Under the pieces are notes generated by a model, which saw only the letters and a list, made by a program, of their open reading frames with translations, was not told the DNA's origin and did no database searches. A DNA stretch of 64,000 bases from Vicugna vicugna (taxonomy: Eukaryota): positions 1,676,001 through 1,740,000 of the forward strand of contig MU058153.1 of assembly GCA_013265495.1 (NCBI GenBank), in the 5' to 3' direction. Positions 49,596 to 62,620 of the stretch are shown here, in pieces. The position numbers and the translations under genes were made by a program. Each line of letters begins with the position of its first letter. Positions within the stretch are counted from its first letter, which is position 1.

Positions 49596-49948
49596 ATGAT
49601 ATGCATACAATAAAAATGATTCTTTTCAAATTTTTACACTAATCGAATTTTCTCCCCTACTGTACTTGAATTTACCCAGGTAGGTATATTCATTTATTCC
49701 ACAAACACTATCCTCATCACTAGAATATGGTTTCCTTATCTTTATATTCCCTCCCTCCTCCGAATTTAGAAAATCTGTCACAGTAGAAAGGCAATATTTG
49801 TTAAGCAAATAAATGATTAAAGTATGACTGAATTATTTAGTGCCACATTTTTCCTGATTCTTTGCTAGTTGCTTGAAATGAGGTAAATAAGAAATGTCCC
49901 TTGTCCCCATAATCTTCATCATTTTCCATCTGGATTATATGAACTTTT

Positions 49949-50080
49949 TAAAAGGAATTTTAAGTATTTAAAATTTATTTGTTTGTTTGTTTGTTTGTTT
50001 TACTGGAGGTGCTGGGCATTGAACCTAGCACTTCATGTATGTTAAGCACACACTCTACCGCTGAGCTCTACCCCCACCCT
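49949..50080 (-). mobile_element. tRNA-derived SINE, camelid Vic-1 type
   Basis: Minus strand AGGGTGGGGGTAGAGCTCAGCGGTAGAGTGTGTGCTTAACATACATGAAGTGCTAGGTTCAATGCCCAGCACCTCC plus (AAAC)n tail. 16-bp TSD gatta(t/c)atgaactttt at 49933-49948 and 50081-50096. Confidence 0.92.
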
Positions 50081-51149
50081 GATTACATGAACTTTTAATC
50101 ATTGCATTCCAACCTCGCAGTTCACCACCAAATGAGATTCTTTTAAGTAAGGAAATGCACTTATCCAGAGCAGGTCAACATTTTTTGTGTATTTAATGAG
50201 CCCAATGAATTTTTATCTGTGTTTCTGTCTTAGGTGGTAAATACAAGCCCAGTGCACTTACACAGCTCAGTTTTAAATAATGCACATTGTTTTCATGTGT
50301 TATCTATGAATACATCTTTGTTTTAAAGGTGGCCACAAAAAGGAATCTTAGCAAAATTAATCAGCATTTTCCTGTTGTGGTTTCCATCATACACAACGCC
50401 ATGTGAATTTAGCAATTGCCCTTCAATAATCCCCCTTTATCTACCCACAAAGGACACACAGTTGCTGCAAACCTTACAGAGCATCGCCCTGCTCCTGCTG
50501 ATCCACGTGTGAGGGTGGTAAGACGTGAAGGCAAAATAAGTAATACAGAATAAAAGGCCCTTCTCACCTTCAGATGATGTCTTAAACTTCAATGGGTTTT
50601 TAAAGGCCACTCCTCAGAGAGAAAAAGGGCCACTGTCAAGTGAAAGCCTGCATTTTAAAATGGTCTCTCAGAGGCCAGTTAAGTCATGATTAATCGTATC
50701 TCTTACCGCATTTTTCATAGCCTCTCATTTTTCCCCTTTATCTTATTACATGTTTCCATTCACTCAGTGCTATTTTTTCCTGTTGTGTGCCTATCATTTC
50801 AAATGGAGACATGCAAAAAAGACAGTGGTTAATTACTTTGGAATCTGAATTTGGTAATAACTTTATTTCCATTTTTGCATCTAAAAACAAAATGGTAACT
50901 TTAGCTTATGCCAAAACTAAATATTCAAATGTTAATTTTCATTTGCAGAGTAACTTTCTTAATATTACCAATCTCAGCTTAAGCAATTGTATATAGTTTC
51001 ATCCGATACGAATCAGTATACTATTTGTTTATTCGTAGTTATTACTAATTTTCAGTGTAGACAGATTGTCCCTTCAGTGAGACCATAAGTTCTTGGAAAT
51101 ATGTTATCCTTTTTTTTTTCCCCTGGTTTTGGAAAAGGAGACCATCACT

Positions 51150-51630
51150 CAGCAGAAAGAAAGAGGAAGTCATTCTTGACAGAGAGAACATTGTGGACAC
51201 AGGCTCATGGGCGTGTAGGAGGAATCTAAGAACTCAGAGATGTGAGTCAGCTCAGTACCACCGCAGAATCCGCAAAGGCTCCTCTGAGTTCACATGCAGT
51301 AAGAAATCTAGTTTGAAATGTTCTCGAATAAGTATGCGCGTTTTGGCTACCGTCTGTGTGAGACAATAGTTTCCAGGTGACCCTTGATCTGGGAATCTCA
51401 GCAGATTCAGGAGATATTTTTGTCTGTTTCTTTTTCGAGTGCTGTTTGCAACAAGGAAACATTGGCAGAAATACTCGATCCTTGTGTATGTCCAATTTCT
51501 TCCTGTTTTGATTGACGAGGCTTCAGTAAATGGTTTTCAACATAAACAAAAGGACCTTGAAATACTGATCTAGAATCAGGATTCCTTTCTAATCTGAAGT
51601 GGATGAGTCTGAATGTTGACATTCATGAAG
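51150..51630 (+). other. Candidate promoter / first exon of a + strand transcript
   Basis: Unique, CpG-containing segment with ETS (aggaagt ~51164) and AP-1 (tgagtca 51243) motifs, ending at donor GAAG|gtaatg (51630/51631). Confidence 0.25.
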
Positions 51631-51872
51631 GTAATGCACACACAGGCTGTTGACTTAGGAAGAAATACGGTATTTATTTCAGATTACTAACCAGTAAAGT
51701 AGACTTCATTTTTGACTTGGAGGAAGGAAAGGACAGGTTATCAGATGCCATTTAAAACAAATTTCTAGATTGGAAATATGTTACAAAGTTTCATTGTCTG
51801 CAATAATGTTGACAGGTTATATTCAGCTACTAAGAACTATTTAATTCGTTCACCTTTGATTCATTCTTTCAG

Positions 51873-52026
51873 CTCCTTTTGAGAAGATGCAGATTCCTGT
51901 GGTTAAATGTAATTTAATTCCAAATTGAAGATTTGGAATATCTTGAAGATCTTGGCAACAGAAATCTGCAGAAAAACTCTACCCTTTGAGAAACTGATTC
52001 ATCAGTTACAGAGAGACTTGGGAATG
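51873..52026 (+). other. Candidate 154-nt non-coding exon
   Basis: 'ttcacctttgattcattctttcag|CTC ... ATG|gtaaag'. All three frames contain stops. Confidence 0.35.
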
Positions 52027-52299
52027 GTAAAGACTTTTGATGACATTTTAGAAGTTTAAATAATTATTTGTGGAATATAATGAGGAATAGTCCAATATGA
52101 TCTAGAGGGTAAACTGACTGAATAACAAGATAATTTCCTTTTATACATGATGTGCTATACTGTGCTTTAATTCCTGGCTGCCTTGTACAAACGTATAAAA
52201 AGATAACTACAATTAAGATGAGCAAAGCGAAGGTGAGAAGACTTAAGTGGTGTAAGGCCATTTATTTTTGCTAGAATAATTTAACATTGATTCTGATTT

Positions 52300-53470
52300 T
52301 AAAATGGATGCATGCTCCCTGAGAAATGTTGGACAATTTAGTATAAACAAGATTAAATTATTGATAATTCCAACATCCAAAGATTAGTATTTTGTTATAC
52401 TGAAAACTTTTCCCTAGTCAGATGAGTAATAAATAGGTAGATGGATAGAAAATAAATAGAAATAGATACATGTTTATCAAATTAGCATTAAACTGTGATT
52501 CTGCAAGTACATTATTGTATTTTTTTAATTCAATACGCTTGAGGATTGGGCTATATTAAATATTCTTCAGAAGTCCAATATATTTGATGGATAACATTCC
52601 ATAACATAGGGGCAACAAATTATTGAATAATCTCTCCTATTAATTTATAGACTAGTTCTTTTTTTCCCTCTATAAATAATTCTAAAGCACATATTCCCTT
52701 ACCTAAATCACCACACCTGTGAATGAAGTTGTGAGGACTTTAATTCTGGCACAAAGGATAGAAAATATATTTATCCTCTCTATACAGAGTCCCCAGATCA
52801 TTTCCAGACCTGCAGCACAATTTTGTCTTTCATCAGCAGTGATCATTTCTGGTCACACTACACCCTCTCTTGCAAAGTAGGAGTGCCAAAAGAAATTTTG
52901 GCAGCAAGTAGAATTTAGTTATTTTAAGTTAAATAATTATGTCAATATTAAAGTAAAATATTTCCTTAAAAAATTATACCCAGTCTTTCAGATATCTTTC
53001 TATTTTTTTCTTCTGTATATGTTACTAATTTTAGGTTTATGATATTTTTTACATATTAAGGAAATTAACTTCGATTGTATTTATTAAAAACTTTACGTTT
53101 ATTTTTTGATCTTCTAATATTATCTGTGACCATTCTTGGGCTTAAAATATTTATAAAATGTGTACTTTAATATAGCACCCTGTTCATCTCTGATTATTTT
53201 CCCAAAGCGTGCCATCCTTTTACATTTTGTTTATATTGTTTTGGTGTTTTGAGATTGCTAATTTTTACACATAAGTACCCAGTTTATTGGGTGACATAGA
53301 GTTTAGTAGTTCTATGATATAAAATAAAGCCCGAACCTTAATTTTTTCCAATCACTTTTCTAAAGCTGTATTTTAAAATAATACTTTTCCACTAGTTTGC
53401 AATGTTCTCTTTAAGACACATTTAATTCTTATATGCCAAAAATATTCAACAGTATCTGTAGGTTTCTCCT
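52300..53470 (-). mobile_element. Old L1ME-type 3' fragments
   Basis: Degenerate antisense L1ME text ('cataacataggggcaacaaattattgaataatctctcctatt', 'aatttatatagcacc'-like blocks). Confidence 0.5.
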
Positions 53471-53934
53471 GGCTGGGAGAATGTAGACACTCCGTGGCCT
53501 TCAACTTCAACGCCTCTTAAATCAGGCGAGAGTGGCAATGGTGAAGTTAGTTGTCAGTGTCAGCATCGAGCTGGGGCAGTGCGTGTCACTTCCAACCTGA
53601 GTTAATGGAACACTGAGAACTCTTTACTTTCTTTAGCAGGTTTCTTGTATAATCTGAACGATGAGAAATAAATAGTGTTTGGGGGGAAGAAATCACAATA
53701 ACAGGACACTTTATTATGAACAATTCTGTCTCTGGATATGGTTTGGGAAAACCAGATACAGCTATAAATAAGGTCGAAATTGCTTTGCATAATAATATAA
53801 AAGGGTTTCTTCATTTCTGGCATGTAATATCTCTACAGATTATTGCTTTAGGAAAGCGATCATTCTTTATTAATATGGATTTAGACCTCATTGAGTCTGA
53901 GAATAATTTTATTTCCTTGAAAGATGTATGTGAA

Positions 53935-53971
53935 TGTGTGTGTGTGTGTGTGTGTGTGTGTTTGTGTGTGT
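53935..53971. repeat. (TG)n microsatellite
   Basis: Directly visible. Confidence 0.95.
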
Positions 53972-54219
53972 GGTGATCACTGGAGAGCACTTGAAGTTTT
54001 AAGAAGAGTAAGCTGTTATAGTTTTCCCTCAGATAGGAAAAAGGGGCAGAACTTGGAGGGTTCAGCTTAATCTGAATCAAGTCTTTTGCTAAAATTACTT
54101 TGCCCCTTTGACACACCATATTGAAAATGGTGTTATTCCTAGACTGAACATTGCAATTTTGGGAAAATGTAAAATGTGTTGGTGGAAGATTTTAGAAAAA
54201 CGTTGAAGATTATTTCACC

Positions 54220-55373
54220 CTTTTTTGACATTTTTGTTGAAGTATAACATCATACAGAAAAGTACCCAAATCCTGAGTGGAGGGATCAATTTATAAACTG
54301 ACTACATCTGTAACCAGCACCGGGCTCTAGGAACAGAACATTACCAGCATCCCAGAAAAATCTAACGTGCAATCAGCTATTCATTTCTTCCCCAGGATAA
54401 TCGCTACTCTGATTTCTAATACCATAGATTAATTTTGCCTATTTTAAAACTGTACATGCATAGAATCGTATACTGTTGGTATTTGGCTTCTTTGGCGCAA
54501 AATAATACATCTGAGATTCATCTATGTTGCTGCAGGCAGTGGTAAATCATTCATTCTCATTCCTGTAGAGCATTCCATTGTTTCACCAGGTTGTACTGTA
54601 TTCATTCAACTCTTGATGGGGATTTGTGTTCTTTCAATTTTGGGGGTCTCTTATGAAAAGTGCTGCTCTGAACATCGTGATATATGTCTTTTGGTGGGCA
54701 CAGCTCTGTTAGTAACATACCCGGAAGTGGAATTGCTGGGTAATAGATTATGTTCAGTGTGGATTTGTACTACCAAGTAATTTTCTAAAGAGCTTGTTAA
54801 CAATTTATATAGCCACCAGCGCTGTATAATGAGAGGGTTTATTACTCCAATTCCCTGATTCCTTTTGCTATGATACCTTTTACATTTTAGAACTTCCCCT
54901 GGGTGTTTAGTAGCATTTTAGTGTAGTTTAAATTTGCATTTCCCTGATAACAAGTAAAGTGAAACCCTTTTCATATGCTTTTTGGCCCTTTATGCATCCT
55001 TTTAAATAAAGTACCTCTTCACGTTTGCTTTTTTTCTACTGATTTTTAGTCAACTTGTGAAAGTTTCTTGGGCTATCTTTTGAGAACTTTTCAAGAGCGA
55101 TCTTGTCAAATATGTGTGCCTCAAATGTCTCATCCCACTCTGTGTGTTGCCTTTTCATTCTTACAACTCACCTTTCAAAGGAAAGATGTTCTGAATTTCT
55201 TCACACAGTGCAATTTGTTTTTATTTGCTTTTGATTAAGTACTTTTAAAAATTCTGCATGAGATCGCTATGCCGAATCCAAGTTCAGGGGACAATCTTTA
55301 TGTTTTTCTCAAAAGTCTGTATTAACTTACCTTTCACAGTGACATCAGCAGCACATCTGACATTGATTGTTTT

Positions 55374-55416
<43 letters not shown>

Positions 55417-55570
55417 GTCTTTTCTGTGTTCCATTTGTGGATTCTTGTTAAATTATCACACTCTCTTGATAATTACAACCTTATGAAACAGAAGTCACTG
55501 CAGTCACTATCTCATACTGTCTCAATTTGTTCTTCCTGAAGAACGCCTTGGCTGTTCTTGGCCATGATAA
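54220..55570 (-). mobile_element. L1ME-type 3' end with ORF2 remnant
   Basis: 'ttgaagtataacatcatacagaaaagtac...acagaacattaccagcatcccagaa...agtggaattgctggg...aatttgcatttccctgat'. (TA)n at 55383-55411. Confidence 0.85.
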
Positions 55571-57395
55571 TGTATTTGTGTTCTAATTTATCCTGCTGAT
55601 GGAGGTGATGAAATGAAGGATGAGGAGAGGTTGATAGACGTTATAGAGCCAAACCAGACCCTGAAAAGAGAGAGGTGTCTTTTTTTTTTTTAAGGGATTG
55701 TTGAGTTTTTCATTCAGGTCCTATTTCTCATAAACATGAAGAGGAAATACTTTAAGTCAGGGATGCTAGTTTGGATGTGAGCTGAGTATATGAGGACTCC
55801 CTTCTAAAAAAACTTTCTTTTTAAACATTTTAAAGCTTACCTCTCCTCAACATCTAGCCTGATTTCCTTTAGTTTTCTCTCAAGTAAGCTATAACATTTG
55901 GTACATACTATGTTTTTTATTTATGTTGAATTGAAAGCAACTTAGAGGTAACACTGTGAAAGGAAGGGTGGCTCTCCCCTGGCGTTCTGACTCTAGAATA
56001 CAATTTTACAGTTATCTGCCATAGACATAGAATAAGATTAAACAAGGAACTCGAGGAAAGGGCCAAATTCGAGGAATCTGAAGACTTTAAGTGCACAGAT
56101 TATCCTCCAGATTCTACTCTGGGAACTACTTATCAAGTGCCCTGCTGGTTATTATTAGTGGTAGGGCACCGATGCTATGTAACAAAATAGATGATACGTG
56201 GAACTGTCCAAGGTGGCTTTTGTCTTAGCTTCAAAACATATTAAATCAACACTAATTGTATTTATAGTACTGGAATGGAATCACTTCAGCATACTGACTT
56301 CATTTTCTTCCTATGTTAATTTTCATTGTCTGGACTTATACCAATCATAAAAGACAAGATAGAATGCTCAACATTCATAATAAATCATTTACCACTCAAT
56401 CAAGCAAGTGTGGTTGTGTGTTACTTTCTATAGCTCTACTACACTTTAATTATTAATACAACTGCATCCTGAGTCATGAGTCCTTTAAACAGTGGTGCCG
56501 ATCATTTCTGAACTTCCATAAGCAATTTCAAACAGAAGATAGAAAACTGTAAGCACCTTTTTATCATTCTTCATTTAAGTTCTCTCACTTGATACTCAAC
56601 ATTTACAAAGTTATTGTTCTTCTATTTTTGCAAAAGACTTAAGTTTTATCTTTCCTTTTTTTTTAATTGAATCCCAGGGTTAGTTGGCCTGAGCTCAGTG
56701 TTTCAACTAGTCCCAAGATGAGAACTGTACTTGAATCAGTTCTGTGAAATGTGAAGGGAATAAAGATTGGATACATTGTTATTTAAAGTTCCACTAGCTT
56801 GGACCCAAAAGATTAGAAAGATATTTTCTATTTCTCAATAGTTATTTAAATGGATACATAAATAATATTTTAGAGACAAAAATGTATAATATACTATTTA
56901 TTACAAATCCATGCAAATTATAAAGCATGATGAATTATTTAGATTTTAGAAAAAAAGAAAATGTGAAGAGCATGATCTTTAAATATCTTACTGAGTTATT
57001 GTTTAAAGCACCCAATAAGTGCTTACTTTTTTATGAGAATTTAACCTTATTTGATTTGACTATTTGCTATTAAGGACTTAGACTACAGAAGAAAGATGTT
57101 AACTTGTAGACCTGTCTAGTCGAAATAATCACTTTCTGGTGGAAAATAGAACCCTAAAGATTAGAACTTTATTGCCTTGTAGGGTGATGACCAGTTTTGT
57201 CTCTAATTTAGTACACAAATTTCAGACTGTCTTCCCAAGTGGACAATAAGTACTCTGTTCCCCAAAATATCCTTTGAACATGTTTATTAATGAGTAAGCT
57301 GACCAAGTCTTGACATATATTTAATCACATTTATTGTGTTTAAAATTTATATTTTGACAGTTGAGGAGAATCCACCGAAAGTTCAAAGGACTCAC

Positions 57396-57467
57396 CTGCC
57401 AGAGACAATTAAATTGCCTTGTCTGAGAAGTACACCTTATGGACTCAGGCAAATCTTTCCACAGCCC
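57396..57467 (-). other. Candidate 72-nt phase-0 exon, gene unknown
   Basis: Minus strand 'tcatttcag|GGG...CAG|gtgagt' (consensus donor). Open frame GLWKDLPESIRCTSQTRQFNCLWQ; weak pyrimidine tract. Confidence 0.25.
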
Positions 57468-58234
57468 CTGAAATGATTCTCGAGCAACACTAGAACTTCA
57501 CTTTTGTTGACTCTCTCTTTCTCTAGGTTTGAGTTTGTGTTTGTGTTTGTGTTTGTAATTTTGATAGTTTTTGGATATTTTTTTCCACTTGAATATGTGC
57601 TTGTGTCTTGCCTAACTAATGATCGTGGCCATAACTTTTCCATAACAAGGCCCAGGGACTCATAAATCTGTATCTTATCTTGGGATTGTAGGTTGTTTCA
57701 CCCGTATAGCAAAAAGAGCACCCCAAGTGTACGTCAAGCTAACTTTTACCTAATTAATAATTCGTTCCATGATGGTAGCAGCAAAGACTGTATTCTAGTT
57801 AACATGACCATGTGGTGATCTCAGTCGAGTGGATGATGGGATCTATTCTGCTTTGGCTAAGAGATGACAAAGGATCAAGAATTTTAAACTATTAAACTTC
57901 AATCTATTTTTGAGATTTACTGCCCAGTGGGAAGGAGAACAGCTTTTATAGGTATGAAATTGTGATTTTGCATGCTTCTGTGTTTACTTTGACTAGGCTA
58001 ATCTCTAAGCTTTCTGCAGGCCTACTGTCTGTAAACAGAGAGGCTTTTATATCTCCTTATACGAATGTGAGATATTTTTCTATCTTTAAAGGTATTAATC
58101 AGTTAGATTAAAATATCTCTTAAATTAAGAAAACTTTATTCTAATTGGCTCACAAATAAGAATGTCTATAAATTAAATATTCCCAATATTTCCAAGAGAT
58201 AAAACAAATTTCTAATACTTTAATGGTGTGGGCT

Positions 58235-59930
58235 AAGCATTGCTCAGAAGTGTGGTACCGTGTCACGTAGGGCTTCTTTCATGGATGTCTATGAGATCAA
58301 AACTATTTTCATAGTAGTATTAACACTATGTGCTTTTTCAACTCTCATTTATTTTATGGGAGTATAGTAGATCTGCCTAGAGGTTACATGATAACTGATG
58401 ACAATATTTTTCAGACAGCTAATGGAAAGTGTTTTTAAGATTTCTAAAATTTTATAAGGTGGTAGGTTTTGTGTGTAAATATGTGCATATTCAGAAATTA
58501 ACTCAGTGTGTTCTCGGTGGTACTATTATTCTCTCATGGCTGTACCTGTTACTAGCTCTATAACATCATTATCGTCCATTTTTACTTGACAGAATGACTA
58601 ATAGACATATTCAGATTTGGATATTTAGCAAACATTTTCTTAAAAGTGAACAAATGTGTCTATTAAATCAATGAAAAACTAACATTTTTTGTTGCTGTTA
58701 ATTAAATCAGAGCCCTGAAACAAAAATTATAATTTTGTAAAACTTGTGTCTGTCACCAGGATCTTAAGAACTTGCTAATAGTACAAGGTTTTTTCTGATG
58801 CAATCACTAGTGATCTCAACTAATACAATTTTTGATATTGTACGATGCATGTGTTTACATTTGGAAGATCCAAATGAATCCAGTGAACTAATCCAGTGAA
58901 TTAATATTTTCCATATGACCAACAGAATTTCTTAAAAAACAAGGATAGATAAAAGATCCATTCAAAAGACAGAATACATCAATGGGTTTTAAAGAAATGG
59001 AGTATGAAAAATTTACTGATACAGTTTCAAATTCCACTTTGCAAATAAACTTTAGAAATAACACATTACGTTTTTGGTGTAGTATCAAAGGAAAATATCT
59101 ATAATGACCTGAAAAGGCTATTCAATCACCCTCTTTTTTCCAGCTGTGTATCTGGTGAGGACAGATGTTCTACACAAACTTTAACAATCGAAAAAATTGA
59201 GTACAGAAATACATTTTATTAAGGAGATCTATAATATTAAGGAGATATTAAAATGTAAATAATCCCATTCTTTTCACAATTTTTTTTGAAAATAGATTTT
59301 AAAAAATAAATCATATTATTGACGTTAATATGTTATGGATTTACTATTGTTATTTTAAAATCAATCAATCAATCAATCAACATTAAAAAGAATCCTTTAA
59401 AAATGCCTAATATAATAAATGTTGAGATATAAACCCTCCTGAAACATTTTATTTATTAATTTTTTTGAAGGAAAGATTCTTTCAATTCTATAGTGCTTTA
59501 CAATTTTCAAAATTTCGCACATGATTTCATATAATTTCACAATAACCCTTTATTCCCCCTACTCCTATCTTGTCCCCGGAACCTTCCTCCTCCCCACTGG
59601 TAACCACTAGTTTGTTCTCTATATCTGTGTCTGCTACTTTTTTGTTTCACTCACTCATTTGTCGTATTTTTTAGATTCCACATACAAGTGATATCATACA
59701 GTATTTATCTTTTTGTGTCTGACTTATTTTATTCAGCATAATGCCCTCCAAGTCCACCCGTCTTGCTGCAAATGGCAAAATTTCATTTTTTTTTAATGGC
59801 TGACTAGTATCCCATACCACTTTATCCATCCACCTGTTGATGGACACTTAGGTTGCTTCCATATCTTGGCTATTGTAAATTATGCTATTATGAACACTGA
59901 GATGCATATATCTTTTCAAATTAGTCTTTG

Positions 59931-59964
<34 letters not shown>

Positions 59965-60091
59965 CAGATAAATACTCAGAAGTGAAATTGCTGGGTCATA
60001 TAGTGGTTCTATTTTTAGTTTTTTGGAGAAACCTCCACACTGCTTTTTAGGAGTTGTAAAGGTGTCTTAATACAAAGTTTGAAAACTGCTG
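58235..60091 (+). mobile_element. Charlie2-like hAT transposon (internally deleted), interrupted by an L1
   Basis: Left end 'ctcagaagtgtgg...tgagatcaaaactattttcatagta'; transposase remnant RFGYLANIFLKVN at ~58613; right end 'tgtaaaggtgtctt...aaagtttgaaaactgctg'. Confidence 0.75.
59447..60045 (-). mobile_element. LINE-1 3' end nested in the Charlie element
   Basis: 'ctggtaaccactagtttgttctctatatctgtg...ttagattccacatacaagtgatatcatacag...gttgatggacacttaggttgcttcc'. (TG)n at ~59932-59962. Confidence 0.9.
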
Positions 60092-61040
60092 CTGTTAGTC
60101 TTTTGAGAGAGAGAAAGCTAGAGACTCAGAAACTGATAGCTCAGAAACCTTTCTATGTAAGACTGAGAGTTCATATTATTGAGAATCCTTGGATGAATCA
60201 GACTAGTTTGACAATTTTTTGCTGATAACAGGAGAGAGAAAATCACTGAAGTCAAAAAGCACTGTAGGAGAAATCTAGTGGGGGGGGGAGACTTTCTTTG
60301 CTTGGTTAGCCTCAAGATGAAAGAGATAAAAATAGAGGCTAAAAAGAGGTAAATTTGAGCCTAAAATTAATTATCTTGCTTTTGAATGTGCCCAATATTG
60401 TATACTCAAGGAGGTTTTATGGTTAACACTTCTTGGGCCCTATACAAATAATTAAGCCAAAGCCTTTTGGAACTATCATTTTTGTGATCAAGAATAACCT
60501 TTGGAGATTATATAATAATAAATTGGTGGAGGGTCATTACAAATAATTATTTACATCTTAGAAATAAAGCAAAAGTGTGGACAGTATATCCTTTCAAATT
60601 TATACTGAAACTTCCGCAACAAATTATTTAACACTCTAGATGTTGCTATGAAATAAAGGTTCACACACTCATAAATTACACGCTAACTTGTAGATCTTAT
60701 CCAATAGAATTGCAAATAATTTCTGTCTAGTAGAAAAATTACCCCAAAGGTTATGTATTGTCCTGTAGGTCATTAATCATTTTTGTTTCTAACTGAGTAG
60801 GCTATTTTGGACTCCCTTTTGTGGTGGACTTATAAATATTTTTCTTCTAATTCTCATTTGAACCAGGTTTGCCGTCTGGCCAGCTCCCTCCTTCATGCTT
60901 GAGTTAAATAAAACCTTTGTCATTTATTCATTCTCCATGTGTATGAAAATCATGTTTTCAACTTTTTGAAACAATGAACACTTTTTGAAAGTGTGCAGTT
61001 TGTAGAAATGTTTAATTGACTTATCACCTATGAATGCAGG

Positions 61041-61234
61041 GAGTGGTGTGCTGGAGACGGCACTGGCTCTGAGGAGCCTAACAGTTGCATCTTTTCTCAA
61101 TTTTGCATTCAGATCTGCAGTGCTGGTAACTAGAAAATCAGCCATGATGCGAATATTTACATCACAATAATAAGTATAAACTAAAAATGATGACTTTTAA
61201 TTTTTTGAAGAGCCAATTTACTGGTACATCACTT
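61041..61234 (+). mobile_element. MER63A-like (hAT-Blackjack) element
   Basis: TIRs agtggtgtgctgg / ctggtacatcact; internal 'aaatcagccatgatgcgaatatttacatcac'. Confidence 0.8.
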
Positions 61235-61254
61235 CATACATGTGACTAAAACAC

Positions 61255-62620
61255 ACATTGCTTAATTTTGCTTGTTTTTGAGCTTTCGAAATGGTCTTGG
61301 ACTGTTTTTTTTCTCTAAATATGTTTCTTAGAGTTATCTGTATTGTTGCTTCTAGCAGGGTAATTCACCCGTCTACTGATGTATTATGTCTACATGTGAA
61401 TATTTCATTTGTTCATTCCCTTACTAATGAACCTTTGTGTTGCTTCCAGTTCATGTGATTACAAACATATATTGTGTATCTGTAAACCCCCATGCACATT
61501 TTTATAAAATGCTAGTTTAAACCTTTTCCATTTTTCTACTGAGTCTTCTTTATTTTAAATTGATTTGTGGGATACGTACACATATATTAAAGATATGTGA
61601 AATATATACACATATATGTGCATGTATATGAATGTAGGTTTTATATATATGTATTATGTGGGTGACCGTGTGTGTTTGTGTGTGTGTGTAGGCTTTGATT
61701 TATATTTGTTGCAAACCATTTCTCCCACTTTGTGGTTTGCATTTTCATTCTCTTAGCAGAGGTCTCTTGATGAACTCAAGCTTTTAATTTTAATGTAGCT
61801 CAGCTTACCATCTTCTTTAATTAAGTTTAAAATTCTCTTTGTACGTATTTTTTAAAAAGGGCTTTGCCTATCCTGAAGTCAAAAACATATTTTACTAAAT
61901 AACCTCCTAAAATACATATTATGTTTCACACTGATATTATTTTCCACTCTTTTAGAAAACCTTCCACAAGTTAATTTTTCAAAAAATCCAAAGGAAGATT
62001 AAGTCCCATTTTTCCCCAGGTGGGTAATTTTCCATCAACCTTTGTTGAGAACACCGTTACTTCTCTATCATTCTGCAGTAATATATTCAAGGGTCTACTC
62101 ATATGTGAGTTTGTATTTGAGCCTTAGTTCTGTGGCTCTTTTGTCTGTCTCTTTATTCTTTAACTAATGCATCTTGTCATATTTATTGTAGCTTTATAAT
62201 TAGCCTTGACATTCAGTGAGGCAAGTCTTCTCATCTTACCCTTTTAAAAGAAACATTTGGCTCTTGTTGGCCACTTAGAGTCCAGTATAAATTTTAGATG
62301 TATCTTGTCAAATTCCCCCAAATTCCTATTGGATTTTGATTAAAATTGAACTGAATCTAAATTTGGGGGGAAGTGTCACATTGAAAATATTATCTTCCAA
62401 CTGATAAATCTGATAAATCTTGCATTTTATAAAACTGTCAGCATTATGGGTTTATGTGAAGAAGTTTTTCACGGCATTTGTTAAATTTATTCCCAGGCTC
62501 GTGGTGTTTTTGTACTATTATGAATAGTATATATTTTTTACATTTATTTTACATTTATTGTTAACACATAGCATGAAATTGTATTTTTTCAGAAATGTGC
62601 TTCATATCATCCCCAGACAA
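61255..62620 (-). mobile_element. Old L1ME-type fragment
   Basis: 'tttgttgcaaaccatttctcccactttgtggtttgcattttcattctctta...tgtagctttataattagccttga...ataaattttaga'. Confidence 0.75.

Noticed and set aside
51247..51622. Two overlapping minus-strand ORFs (82 and 71 aa) as a frameshifted gene
   Set aside because: No recognised homology; the splice signals here favour the + strand.
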